The notes under the pieces are model-generated. The model had not been told where the DNA came from. It did no database searches and saw nothing but the letters and a program-made list of their open reading frames with translations. The position numbers were made by a program, and so were the translations under genes. 64,000 nucleotides of DNA from Bacteroidia bacterium (GTDB taxonomy: Bacteria; Bacteroidota; Bacteroidia; SpSt-205). Positions 35,600-43,447 of the stretch are shown in pieces. Positions within the stretch are counted from its first letter, which is position 1. Each line of letters starts with the position of its first letter. The stretch covers positions 82,665 to 146,664 of the forward strand of contig BPGW01000004.1 of the NCBI GenBank assembly GCA_026003235.1. Reading direction: 5' to 3'.

Positions 35600-36409
35600 T
35601 TATACGGCCACGGGGGCTGGAATAGCGGGGTGATGTTGGTAGTTCACCAGCTCAATGTCCTCAGGCCTGAAATCGTCCAGTTCCTGGCGGAGGGGATTCA
35701 GACGGATTTGCGGCAAGGGGTAGGGGGAGCGAGTAAGCTGGAGGCGAGCCTGCTCTTCGTGGTTGCGGTAGAGGTGGACATCCCCTAAGGCCATGATCAC
35801 CCGATGTGGCCGATACCCCGTCACTTGGCCTACCAGGTGCAGAAGCAGCGCATAAGAAGCCACGTTGAACGGCAGACCTAAGAACACATCCGCGCTACGC
35901 TGGTACACTTGAATAGAGAGCCTTTGGGTGTCCGGCTCTGCGTAAAACTGGAAGAGTACATGACAAGGTGGCAGATGCATCTGGGGGATCTGGGCCACAT
36001 TCCAAGCAGAGACAAGGAGGCGACGGCTGTAGGGATTTTCCCGGAGGGTTTTGATCACGGCGGCCAGCTGGTCGTACACTTCTCCCTGATAGCCGGGCCA
36101 TCGCCGCCATTGATAGCCGTAGATAGGTCCCAGTTCGCCATCCGGGCCCGCCCATTCATCCCAGATGGTTACACCGTGCTCGTGCAGATACCGAATGTTG
36201 GTATCGCCTCGTAAAAACCAGAAAAGTTCGTACAGGATGGAGCGGAAATGCACTTTTTTCGTGGTGAGGAGGGGGAAGCCCTCTTCCAGGTTGGCTTCTA
36301 TTTGCAGGCCAAATAGGCCGCGTATGCCCACTCCCGTGCGGTCAAGGCGTATGGGAGCTGACAAAAGGCGCTCCAGCAGAGAGAGGTAGTCGCGCTCGTA
36401 GCGGCTCAT
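35600..36409 (-). CDS. thyA: Thymidylate synthase (ThyA type)
   Basis: 269 aa. DRTGVGIRGLFG, and LPPCHVLFQFY with the catalytic Cys. Confidence 0.95.
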   Translation of the reverse strand: MSRYERDYLSLLERLLSAPIRLDRTGVGIRGLFGLQIEANLEEGFPLLTTKKVHFRSILYELFWFLRGDTNIRYLHEHGVTIWDEWAGPDGELGPIYGYQWRRWPGYQGEVYDQLAAVIKTLRENPYSRRLLVSAWNVAQIPQMHLPPCHVLFQFYAEPDTQRLSIQVYQRSADVFLGLPFNVASYALLLHLVGQVTGYRPHRVIMALGDVHLYRNHEEQARLQLTRSPYPLPQIRLNPLRQELDDFRPEDIELVNYQHHPAIPAPVAV

Positions 36410-36414
36410 CTACA

Positions 36415-36422
36415 CAAAGCTA
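36415..36422 (-). promoter_or_regulatory. -7 box TAGCTTTG, 5 nt upstream of the thyA ATG (36409)
   Basis: Exact TAnnTTTG match. Confidence 0.5.
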
Positions 36423-36455
36423 TAACAAAACCCATGCCAGTTTTCCGCAGGCTAT

Positions 36456-37994
36456 TCACAGGGTGCGGAGCCAGGAGGCTACACTGAGTTTTTCGGTGAG
36501 GTAAGCCAGCACGCCGGCCAGAGGGATGCGTTCTTGGGCCAGGGTGTCCCGGTCGCGGACGGTGACGGTGTCGTCTTCCAGGGTTTGGCCATCGATCGTA
36601 ATGGCAAAAGGGGTGCCTTTGGCGTCGTAGCGGCGGTACCGCCGGCCGATGGAGTCCTTCTCCTCGTAAGCCACAAGAAAGTGAAAGCGCAGCTCCTCGT
36701 ACAGGGCTCGGGCCTTTTGGATAAACTCCTCTTTGCGCACCAGGGGGAAGATTGCCACGGAAATAGGCGCCAGCAGGGGATGGAGCTTCAACACCGTGCG
36801 CATTTCTTGCCCTCCTTCGGCGGTGGGTGCAGGTTCCTCGGTGTAGGCTTGAGATAGGTGGGCTAGCACCAACCGATCCACCCCCACCGAGGTCTCAATT
36901 ACATAGGGCACATAGGATTGGCCCAGCTCTTCGTCGTAGTACTCCAGTTTTTTGCCGCTGTACTGGCTGTGGCGGCTCAGGTCGTAGTCGGTGCGAGAAT
37001 GGATGCCTTCCAGTTCCCGGAATCCAAAGGGAAAGCGAAATTCAATGTCTGTAGCGGCCTTGGCGTAATGGGCTAAGGTCTCATGGTCTTTGAAGCGGAG
37101 GTTTTCAGGGTGCAGGCCCAAATGCTGATGCCACCGCAAGCGTTTTTCTCGCCAATAGGCATACCATTCGGCTTCGGTGCCTGGGCGCACGAAAAATTGC
37201 ATTTCCATTTGCTCAAACTCCCGCATGCGAAAGATGAACTGCCGAGCTACGATCTCGTTGCGGAAGGCTTTGCCTACCTGAGCGATACCGAAAGGAATCT
37301 TCATGCGGGCGGTTTTGAGCACCAGGGGGAAGTCCACGAAGATACCTTGGGCGGTTTCAGGGCGCAGGTAGAGGGTGATGGCCTCTTCGGCGACGGCGCC
37401 AAGCTGGGTAGAAAACATCAGGTTGAACTGGCGCACGGGGGTCCATTCAGTGGAGCCGCTTTCCGGACAAGGGATTTTCTCTTCTTCCAAGAGGCGGGTC
37501 AGGGCTGGCCAGTCTTGGGTAGCGAGGGCTTGGTGAAGGCGTTGTCTTAGGTTTTGGGCCCGTTGGTAGTCCCGATGGGCAGTTAGCTTTTCAGCCAGAG
37601 CTTCGGGAGGTAAGTTTTGTTTGCGTAGCTGCTTTTGGACTTCTTTTTGGGCTCTTTCTTCCAGTTTCTGAGCGTACTCCTCAATAAGGGTATCTACTCG
37701 GTAGCGTTTCTTGGATACTTTGTTGTCTACGAGGGGGTCGTGGAAAGCTTCTACATGGCCCGAGGCTTCCCACACGCGGGGATGCATGAGAATGGCGGCA
37801 TCTAAGCCCACGATGTGCTCGTGCAGGTGCACCATGGCGCGCCACCAGAGGTCTATGAGGCGTCGTTTGAGTTCTACGCCCAGGGGGCCATAATCGTACA
37901 CGCCTCCCAGTCCATCGTAGATCTCGCTGCTGGGGTAGAGAAATCCCTGCTCTTTGGCGTAGGCAGCGAGGCGACCAATGTCTAAGGAGCTCAT
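36456..37994 (-). CDS. glyQS: Glycine--tRNA ligase (dimeric class II type)
   Basis: 512 aa. GFLYPSSEIYDGLGGVYDYGPLGVELK. The start overlaps the serS stop (ATGA). Confidence 0.95.
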   Translation of the reverse strand: MSSLDIGRLAAYAKEQGFLYPSSEIYDGLGGVYDYGPLGVELKRRLIDLWWRAMVHLHEHIVGLDAAILMHPRVWEASGHVEAFHDPLVDNKVSKKRYRVDTLIEEYAQKLEERAQKEVQKQLRKQNLPPEALAEKLTAHRDYQRAQNLRQRLHQALATQDWPALTRLLEEEKIPCPESGSTEWTPVRQFNLMFSTQLGAVAEEAITLYLRPETAQGIFVDFPLVLKTARMKIPFGIAQVGKAFRNEIVARQFIFRMREFEQMEMQFFVRPGTEAEWYAYWREKRLRWHQHLGLHPENLRFKDHETLAHYAKAATDIEFRFPFGFRELEGIHSRTDYDLSRHSQYSGKKLEYYDEELGQSYVPYVIETSVGVDRLVLAHLSQAYTEEPAPTAEGGQEMRTVLKLHPLLAPISVAIFPLVRKEEFIQKARALYEELRFHFLVAYEEKDSIGRRYRRYDAKGTPFAITIDGQTLEDDTVTVRDRDTLAQERIPLAGVLAYLTEKLSVASWLRTL

Positions 37995-39262
37995 AGCCAG
38001 GCTTGACCGTAGTAGGGTTGTAGGGCCTGAGGCAAGCGAATTCTTCCGTCGGGCGTCTGGTGGTTCTCCAGCAGCGCCGCCACGATCCGAGGTAGGGCCA
38101 GGGCGCTCCCGTTGAGGGTGTGAACGTAGGTGGGGGTTTTGCCCTTCCGATAACGGAGCTTCATACGGTAACTCTGAAAGGTCTCAAAGTTGCTAATAGA
38201 GCTCACTTCAAGCCAGCGCCCTTGAGCAGGACTCCATACTTCTACATCGTACGTCTTAGCTGAAGCAAAGCTCATATCTCCCCCACAAAGCAGCACCGTC
38301 CGATAGGGTAGCTCCAACTTCTCTACCAGCGATTGAACGTAAAGGCGCATGGCTTCTAGCGTCTCATAGGAGACTTCCGGTTGGACGATTTGGACGATTT
38401 CCACTTTGTCAAATTGGTGGAGTCGGTTGAGGCCTCTTACCTCTTTGCCGTAGGAGCCTGCTTCTCGGCGGAAGCAGGGCGAGTACCCGCAGAGTTTGAT
38501 GGGCAGCTGGCTTTCTTCTAAGATTTCTTCTCGGTAGAAGTTGGTAAGAGGCACTTCGGCGGTGGGGATGAGGTAGAGTTCGTCTAAGGGGATGTGATAC
38601 ATTTGGGCGTCTTTGTCGGGCAGTTGGCCGGTTCCGAAAGCGGTGGCCGGGTTGACCAGAAAGGGGGCTTCTACTTCCAAGTAGCCGGCTTTTTCAGCCT
38701 CAGCCAGGAAAAACTGGATCAGAGCTCGTTGAAGCTTGGCACCGGCCCCTACATAGAAGGGGAAGCCTGTTCCTGCGACTTTGGCGCCTCGAGCAAAGTC
38801 AATAATGCCCAATTTCTCAGCTATTTCCCAGTGCGGCAGGCGTCCTTCGGCTCCAGGAAGGGGAAGGGTATAACCCTCGTGCACCACGAGGTTGTCAGCG
38901 GGTGAGGAGCCTGGAGGCACACTCTCGTGGGGAGGGTTAGGGAGGCGCAGCAAGATTTCTTGCAATTTGGCTTCAAGCTCGGTGAGTTGTTTTTCTTTTT
39001 CGCTAATGCGGTTTTTGTAGCTAATGGAGTCGTTTTTGAGGGCTTCGGCGCGGGCGGTGTCTTTTTGGTGCATGGCTTGGCCGATTTGACGGGAAAGCGC
39101 GTTGAGCTGGCTGCGTAGACTATCCAGTTCGGCCTGGGTTTGGCGTCGCTCCTCATCGTAAGCTAAGGCCTGCTCAACCAAGGGAGCGGCTTCAAAGAGC
39201 TTTTTGCGCAGCGCTTGGATAATCCCCTCAGGATCGGAACGCAGCCGAGTAATCTCAATCAT
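37991..39262 (-). CDS. serS: Serine--tRNA ligase
   Basis: Start at MIEITRLRSDPEGI (ATG 39262, 6 nt after a -7 box). Class II motifs FRREAGS.. and TLNGSALALPR. 423 aa. Confidence 0.95.
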   Translation of the reverse strand: MIEITRLRSDPEGIIQALRKKLFEAAPLVEQALAYDEERRQTQAELDSLRSQLNALSRQIGQAMHQKDTARAEALKNDSISYKNRISEKEKQLTELEAKLQEILLRLPNPPHESVPPGSSPADNLVVHEGYTLPLPGAEGRLPHWEIAEKLGIIDFARGAKVAGTGFPFYVGAGAKLQRALIQFFLAEAEKAGYLEVEAPFLVNPATAFGTGQLPDKDAQMYHIPLDELYLIPTAEVPLTNFYREEILEESQLPIKLCGYSPCFRREAGSYGKEVRGLNRLHQFDKVEIVQIVQPEVSYETLEAMRLYVQSLVEKLELPYRTVLLCGGDMSFASAKTYDVEVWSPAQGRWLEVSSISNFETFQSYRMKLRYRKGKTPTYVHTLNGSALALPRIVAALLENHQTPDGRIRLPQALQPYYGQAWL

Positions 39263-39268
39263 GGGGGG

Positions 39269-39276
39269 CAAAGATA
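39269..39276 (-). promoter_or_regulatory. -7 box TATCTTTG, 6 nt upstream of the serS ATG (39262)
   Basis: Exact TAnnTTTG match. It separates serS transcriptionally from the upstream repeat gene. Confidence 0.55.
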
Positions 39277-39314
39277 GGGCGTACAAGGGTGGGCAAAAGC
39301 AAGGAGGAGCGTAC

Positions 39315-40343
39315 TTAGCGAGGCCTTTCAAATAGCAGGAGTTTCACGCCGAGGGCGTGGGCTTGGTCCTGGGCTTGGGCCGTGAACCGAGTGCCCCAAG
39401 CGACCGGTTGGATAGTCGGCTTTTCGTCTGCGTAGAGTTTATGCAGGAGTTGAGCACGGCGGGCTGCTCGCTCCACATCGTACGAGTCTACGGTCCATGA
39501 GACTTCCACAGCAAAGAGATAGAGGTGGGGTTCGTGGACGCGTCGTGCTACTACGATGAGGTCTAACTGCATGAGATCCTGGTACTCTTCGGGGGTGAGC
39601 TGGTTTTCTTCAAGCGCTTTTTCCAGCCGTTCGCCCAGTTCTACGGGTTCAAAAGCTTTGATGCGATAGAAGCCCAAATTAGCGAAATAAGCGGGGGCTT
39701 TTTGAGCGGCGCGCAATTCTTGCATGGCGCCTTTGAGCTCACCGAGGTCTCTTTCAGCCCGTTCCATTCGCTCAGTAAGGTCAATCATTCGCTGGGTGAG
39801 GTCGTTTACCCGCTGGGTTAGCTCATCCATGCGCTGGGTGAGGTCATTTACCCGCTGGGTGAGGGCTTCGATTTGGGCTTCCACGCGTTCCATGCGCTGG
39901 GTGAGGTCGTTTACCCGCTGGGTGAGGGCTTCAATTTGGGCTTCTACGCGTTCCATGCGCTGGGTGAGGTCGTTTACCCGCTGGGTGAGGGCTTCGATTT
40001 GGGCTTCCACGCGTTCCATGCGCTGGGTGAGGTCGTTTACCCGCTGGGTGAGGGCTTCAATTTGGGCTTCTACGCGTTCCATGCGCTGGGTGAGCTGTTC
40101 CAGGTGATGGGCTAAGAGACTCACCTGGCGGGTAAGCTGGGTCATTTGCTCGGTGAGCGTTTGAACAGCCTGCTGAAGGGGTAGATGTTCCTGCTGCACG
40201 AACTCTTCAAATCGCCTCGGATGCTGCAGAAGTTCGTCTGAAAGGAGGAGCGTACGCAGCTGCTCCCGCCATTCGGGGTGCTCCTGCAGGATGCGAACCA
40301 GGTCCGTAATGGACCCTATGGACAAGGGACCAGGCTGGCTCAT
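39315..40343 (-). CDS. Coiled-coil tandem-repeat protein with a small C-terminal domain resembling a degenerate PD-(D/E)XK fold; function unknown
   Basis: 342 aa. Residues about 90-215 are uninterrupted heptads, including four identical 21-aa units (RMERVEAQIEALTQRVNDLTQ). The C-terminus reads ..QLDLIVVARRV..HLYLFAVEVSWTVDSYDVERAARRAQLL..VAWG... The gene has its own -7 box. Confidence 0.8.
   Translation of the reverse strand: MSQPGPLSIGSITDLVRILQEHPEWREQLRTLLLSDELLQHPRRFEEFVQQEHLPLQQAVQTLTEQMTQLTRQVSLLAHHLEQLTQRMERVEAQIEALTQRVNDLTQRMERVEAQIEALTQRVNDLTQRMERVEAQIEALTQRVNDLTQRMERVEAQIEALTQRVNDLTQRMDELTQRVNDLTQRMIDLTERMERAERDLGELKGAMQELRAAQKAPAYFANLGFYRIKAFEPVELGERLEKALEENQLTPEEYQDLMQLDLIVVARRVHEPHLYLFAVEVSWTVDSYDVERAARRAQLLHKLYADEKPTIQPVAWGTRFTAQAQDQAHALGVKLLLFERPR
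39789..40096 (-). repeat. In-frame tandem repeat array: four full 63-bp units (39831-40082) plus partial units on both flanks
   Basis: Units at 39831, 39894, 39957 and 40020. Units 2 and 4 are identical. Units 1 and 3 differ at one base. The odd and even units differ at two bases, giving an ABAB pattern with 126-bp higher-order periodicity. Confidence 0.95.
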
Positions 40344-40350
40344 CTTCCTC

Positions 40351-40358
40351 CAAAGATA
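40351..40358 (-). promoter_or_regulatory. -7 box TATCTTTG, 7 nt upstream of ATG 40343
   Basis: Exact TAnnTTTG match for the repeat-protein gene. Confidence 0.5.
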
Positions 40359-40371
40359 CGCAAAAGCGGCT

Positions 40372-40379
40372 TATCTTTG
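40372..40379 (+). promoter_or_regulatory. -7 box TATCTTTG, 4 nt upstream of GTG 40384
   Basis: Exact TAnnTTTG match, 13 nt from the divergent box. It supports the GTG start of the M1 peptidase. Confidence 0.55.
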
Positions 40380-40383
40380 GAAG

Positions 40384-42147
40384 GTGAACGGGAGACGGAA
40401 CCTCCTTTGGGCGGTAGGTGTAAATTGGCTTTGCGCAGGGGGAGTGGATGTCGTTTGGGGGCAGCTGAGGGTTCAAGTCGCTCCGCCAGACTCTTTCTTG
40501 CGGGCGCAGGTGGTGTGGCATTTTGTGGGACAAACCCAGCCTTTGATGCCCTGGGACTTAGGAGCTGGCCTCCGCTTGACCGGGGTAGAGAGCAGCTGGG
40601 GGATAGACACATTTTGGCATGACACCCTGGCTCGTAAGGTATGGCTTCGGTTTAGCCGCGTACCGCAAGGGGAGCTGGGATGGGTGCGGGTGAGGTATGA
40701 GGGCTATCCTCGCAGCTCAGGGTTTGGCTCCTACGAAGTGCGCGCCCATGCTACGGGATGGTGCCTGTGGACGCTTTCCCAACCTTATGGAGCACCTGAT
40801 TGGCTCTTTTGCCGAGATGGTTTGGAAGACAAAGTAGACTCGTTGGACTTTGTGGTAGGGAGTCCGCCCTCTTACTTGGGGGTGGCCAACGGTCGCCTTG
40901 TCACCGACTCGGTGGGCGCTGATGGATGGCGATACCGACACTTTCGCCATCGCTATCCTATCGCTGTCTACCTGATTGCCTTCGCCGTCTCCAACTATGT
41001 GGTGCAGGAAGTGCCGGTAGAGACCGCGTATCATCGGTTTATTCTCCGCAACTACGTGTATCCTCAGGATACAGCCGTAGCTCGCCGCCTCTCTGAGCAG
41101 TTTATGCCCTATTTTCGCTGGATAGAGGACCGATTAGGGCCTTATCCTTTTGCGGCGGAAGATTACCAGCAAGTGCAGATAGGGTGGCCAGGGGGCATGG
41201 AACACCAAACGATGACTTTTTTTGGGTCGTACACCCTGGAGCTTTGGGCCCATGAACTGGCGCACCAGTGGTTTGGAGACTGGGTCACTTGTGGTAGCTG
41301 GCAGGATATCTGGCTGAATGAAGCTTTTGCCACCTATTTAGGGGGGGCTGTGTATGAGGCGCTGGGTTGGCCTGAGGTGTGGCAGCTATGGCGCCGCTTG
41401 ACGATAAAGGCCGCCTGGCGCGATACTGTCCATACCATCTGGGTAGAAGACACCACGGATGTGTGGCGCATTTTTTCCTACTGGACCACCTACGCCAAAG
41501 GCGCCATGGCTTTGGATGCCGCCCGCAGGTATGTAGGAGAAGGGCCTTTCTGGTCAGGCTTACAGGCGTACTTGAGGCGATACGGGGCAGGCTTTGCAAG
41601 GACGGCGGACTTTGCTGCGGCTGTGCAAAGCTATTGGGGCCTTGAGGTTAGCCGGGCTTTCGTGGAGGGGTGGATTTACACGCCGGGCTATCCTAAGGTA
41701 AGTTGGGAAAGAAGGGGAGAAGGGGCGCTTGGGTATCAGGCTAACCGCTCCTGGCCTTTACGCGTGCCGTGGCGAGCCGTCTTTCCAAACGATACAGGAG
41801 TAGGGGAAGTAGACCTAATGCAGCCAGGTACGCTGGTTTTCCCCTCGCCGCTGGTGCGCCTTGTGCTGGACCCGGATACGGTCACGCTTTTGTGGAGCGT
41901 TCGGGAGGTCAAGGGGGGAGCCGCTGCCGTCTGGCCCAATCCCTTCAGCCAGGGCGTGCTCATAGAGGTCTCTGACGAAAGCAAAGTGCGACTCTTGGAC
42001 ATCACCGGCCGTGAAGTAGCCAGGGCGGCTTTGAGGGGACCTTCTCCAGCGTTCTGGGATCTTTCTTTTCTTGCGCCGGGTCCTTACCTTCTGCAAATGG
42101 ATGCTCCGGCTGGCGTCAGAACCTATCGGCTCATCAAAGTACCTTGA
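40384..42147 (+). CDS. M1-family zinc aminopeptidase with a T9SS C-terminal sorting domain
   Basis: GGMEHQT (GxMEN-like) and HELAHQWFGDWVTCGSWQDIWLNEAF (HExxH-x18-E). The C-terminus VWPNPFSQGVLIEV..GPYLLQMDAPAGVRTYRLIKVP is a T9SS CTD. Start at GTG giving (M)NGRRNLLWAVGV... Confidence 0.85.
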   Translation: MNGRRNLLWAVGVNWLCAGGVDVVWGQLRVQVAPPDSFLRAQVVWHFVGQTQPLMPWDLGAGLRLTGVESSWGIDTFWHDTLARKVWLRFSRVPQGELGWVRVRYEGYPRSSGFGSYEVRAHATGWCLWTLSQPYGAPDWLFCRDGLEDKVDSLDFVVGSPPSYLGVANGRLVTDSVGADGWRYRHFRHRYPIAVYLIAFAVSNYVVQEVPVETAYHRFILRNYVYPQDTAVARRLSEQFMPYFRWIEDRLGPYPFAAEDYQQVQIGWPGGMEHQTMTFFGSYTLELWAHELAHQWFGDWVTCGSWQDIWLNEAFATYLGGAVYEALGWPEVWQLWRRLTIKAAWRDTVHTIWVEDTTDVWRIFSYWTTYAKGAMALDAARRYVGEGPFWSGLQAYLRRYGAGFARTADFAAAVQSYWGLEVSRAFVEGWIYTPGYPKVSWERRGEGALGYQANRSWPLRVPWRAVFPNDTGVGEVDLMQPGTLVFPSPLVRLVLDPDTVTLLWSVREVKGGAAAVWPNPFSQGVLIEVSDESKVRLLDITGREVARAALRGPSPAFWDLSFLAPGPYLLQMDAPAGVRTYRLIKVP

Positions 42148-42158
42148 GGTAGGCTGCG

Positions 42159-42923
42159 ATGGTTGCAAAAGGGGAGTTTTGTTGGATAGCGGGAGCTGCC
42201 CGAACGGCCTTGCGGGCTGAGCCGGACCACCGCAGTGAACAGGTGTCGGAGCTCTTGTGGGGGGAGCCTCAGCAGATTCTGGAAGAGCACCGGGGGTGGG
42301 CTTACGTACGGGGTTGGTTGGACGGCTATGCGGGTTGGGTGCCCAGTGGAGTGCTTTTGCCTGCTTGGCGTGAAGGGGAGGGCTGGCAAATTGTGGGGGT
42401 TCGCCAGGCCCCTCTCTACCGAAACGGTCGCCCGGTAGGCTGGGTCTCGGTCGGCAGCCTGTGGCCGAAGACGGGCTTTTGGCGTACGGCGGCAGGAGAC
42501 TACACCACCCTGCCCGAAGCCCTCTGGCCAGGGGAGGGCCGTAAGCTGCCTCTCGGTCGCCTGAGGCGGATCTTTCAAGGCACGCCTTATCATTGGGGTG
42601 GGAAAAGCCCAGCAGGCGTGGACTGTTCGGGCTTAGTCCAGGTGGCTTATCGGTTCCGAGGTGTTTTTTTGCCGCGCGATGCCTACCAGCAGGTGGAAGT
42701 CCTGAGCCCTACCGATTCGCCTGGGCCCGGCGACCTGGTGTTTTTCACCGCAGCAGAGGAGAAAGCCCCCTCTCGCATCGTGCATGTGGGGCTGTATCTT
42801 GGAGCAGGGCACATTTTCCATGCTACGCCTTCAGGAGGGGTACACGGTGTTCCGTTGTCTGCGCTTTTTACCCACCGTATCCACAGCTATCGGACTCCAG
42901 GAGAAGGGAATTTCGTTATTTAG
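42159..42923 (+). CDS. NlpC/P60 (C40) peptidase with an N-terminal SH3b-like domain
   Basis: 254 aa. YHWGGKSPAGVDCSGLVQVAYR (catalytic Cys) and HVGLYLGAGHIFHA (catalytic His). No signal peptide is seen. Confidence 0.85.
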   Translation: MVAKGEFCWIAGAARTALRAEPDHRSEQVSELLWGEPQQILEEHRGWAYVRGWLDGYAGWVPSGVLLPAWREGEGWQIVGVRQAPLYRNGRPVGWVSVGSLWPKTGFWRTAAGDYTTLPEALWPGEGRKLPLGRLRRIFQGTPYHWGGKSPAGVDCSGLVQVAYRFRGVFLPRDAYQQVEVLSPTDSPGPGDLVFFTAAEEKAPSRIVHVGLYLGAGHIFHATPSGGVHGVPLSALFTHRIHSYRTPGEGNFVI

Positions 42924-42940
42924 GGCAAACCCACTAAGCC

Positions 42941-43447
42941 GTGGCCGTCCTGGTGCTGAACTACGATTATCAGCCTGTGCATATCACGACATGGCGGCGG
43001 GCGTTTGTTCTTGTGCTCTTGGGGAAAGCCGAGGTCGTGGAAGCGCGACCCGATAAAGTGCTTCGTACGGTGCGGACGGAGTATCCTTGGCCCAGCATTA
43101 TTCGGCTTTTGCGGTATGTGCCAGCGCCCTACAAAAACGTACCGCTGACCCGCCAGAATATCTTCAAGCGGGATGGCTTTCGGTGTGGTTACTGTGGCAG
43201 CCGTCACAACCTTACCGTGGATCATATCGTTCCTCGTAGCCAAGGGGGAGGCGATTCGTGGGAGAATCTCATCACCGCTTGCGAGTCTTGCAATCGGCGC
43301 AAAGGCAACCGCACGCCTGAGCAGGCGGGGATGGCGCTGCTCTTTCCTGCGCGAAGGCCCCATTATTTGCTTTTCTGGCTGCGCGGAGCGGAGGAAATAG
43401 ACCAGAGTTGGCGCCCTTACCTCATGCTGGAATCGCGTCGGGTATGA
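42941..43447 (+). CDS. HNH endonuclease-family protein
   Basis: 168 aa. CGYCGSRHNLTVDHIVPRSQGGGDSWENLITACESCNRRKGNRTPEQAG is a complete HNH/CCCC zinc motif. Confidence 0.85.
   Translation: MAVLVLNYDYQPVHITTWRRAFVLVLLGKAEVVEARPDKVLRTVRTEYPWPSIIRLLRYVPAPYKNVPLTRQNIFKRDGFRCGYCGSRHNLTVDHIVPRSQGGGDSWENLITACESCNRRKGNRTPEQAGMALLFPARRPHYLLFWLRGAEEIDQSWRPYLMLESRRV

Noticed and set aside
39789-40096. Regular 63-bp direct repeats that could be mistaken for a CRISPR array or a satellite
   Set aside because: The units are contiguous with no spacers. They lie in frame inside a long ORF and encode identical heptad-repeat peptides. No cas genes or leader are present.
40344-40352. GGAGGAAG immediately upstream of the repeat-protein ATG, as a possible Shine-Dalgarno sequence
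   Set aside because: It abuts the ATG with essentially no spacer, and it lies between the -7 box and the start, where little or no transcribed leader is expected. Bacteroidota generally make little use of SD pairing.
42941-43447. The HNH endonuclease as a marker of a restriction-modification, defence or mobile island
   Set aside because: No methyltransferase, integrase, transposase, phage gene, tRNA boundary or compositional break is visible. The flanking genes are housekeeping and co-oriented in one operon.
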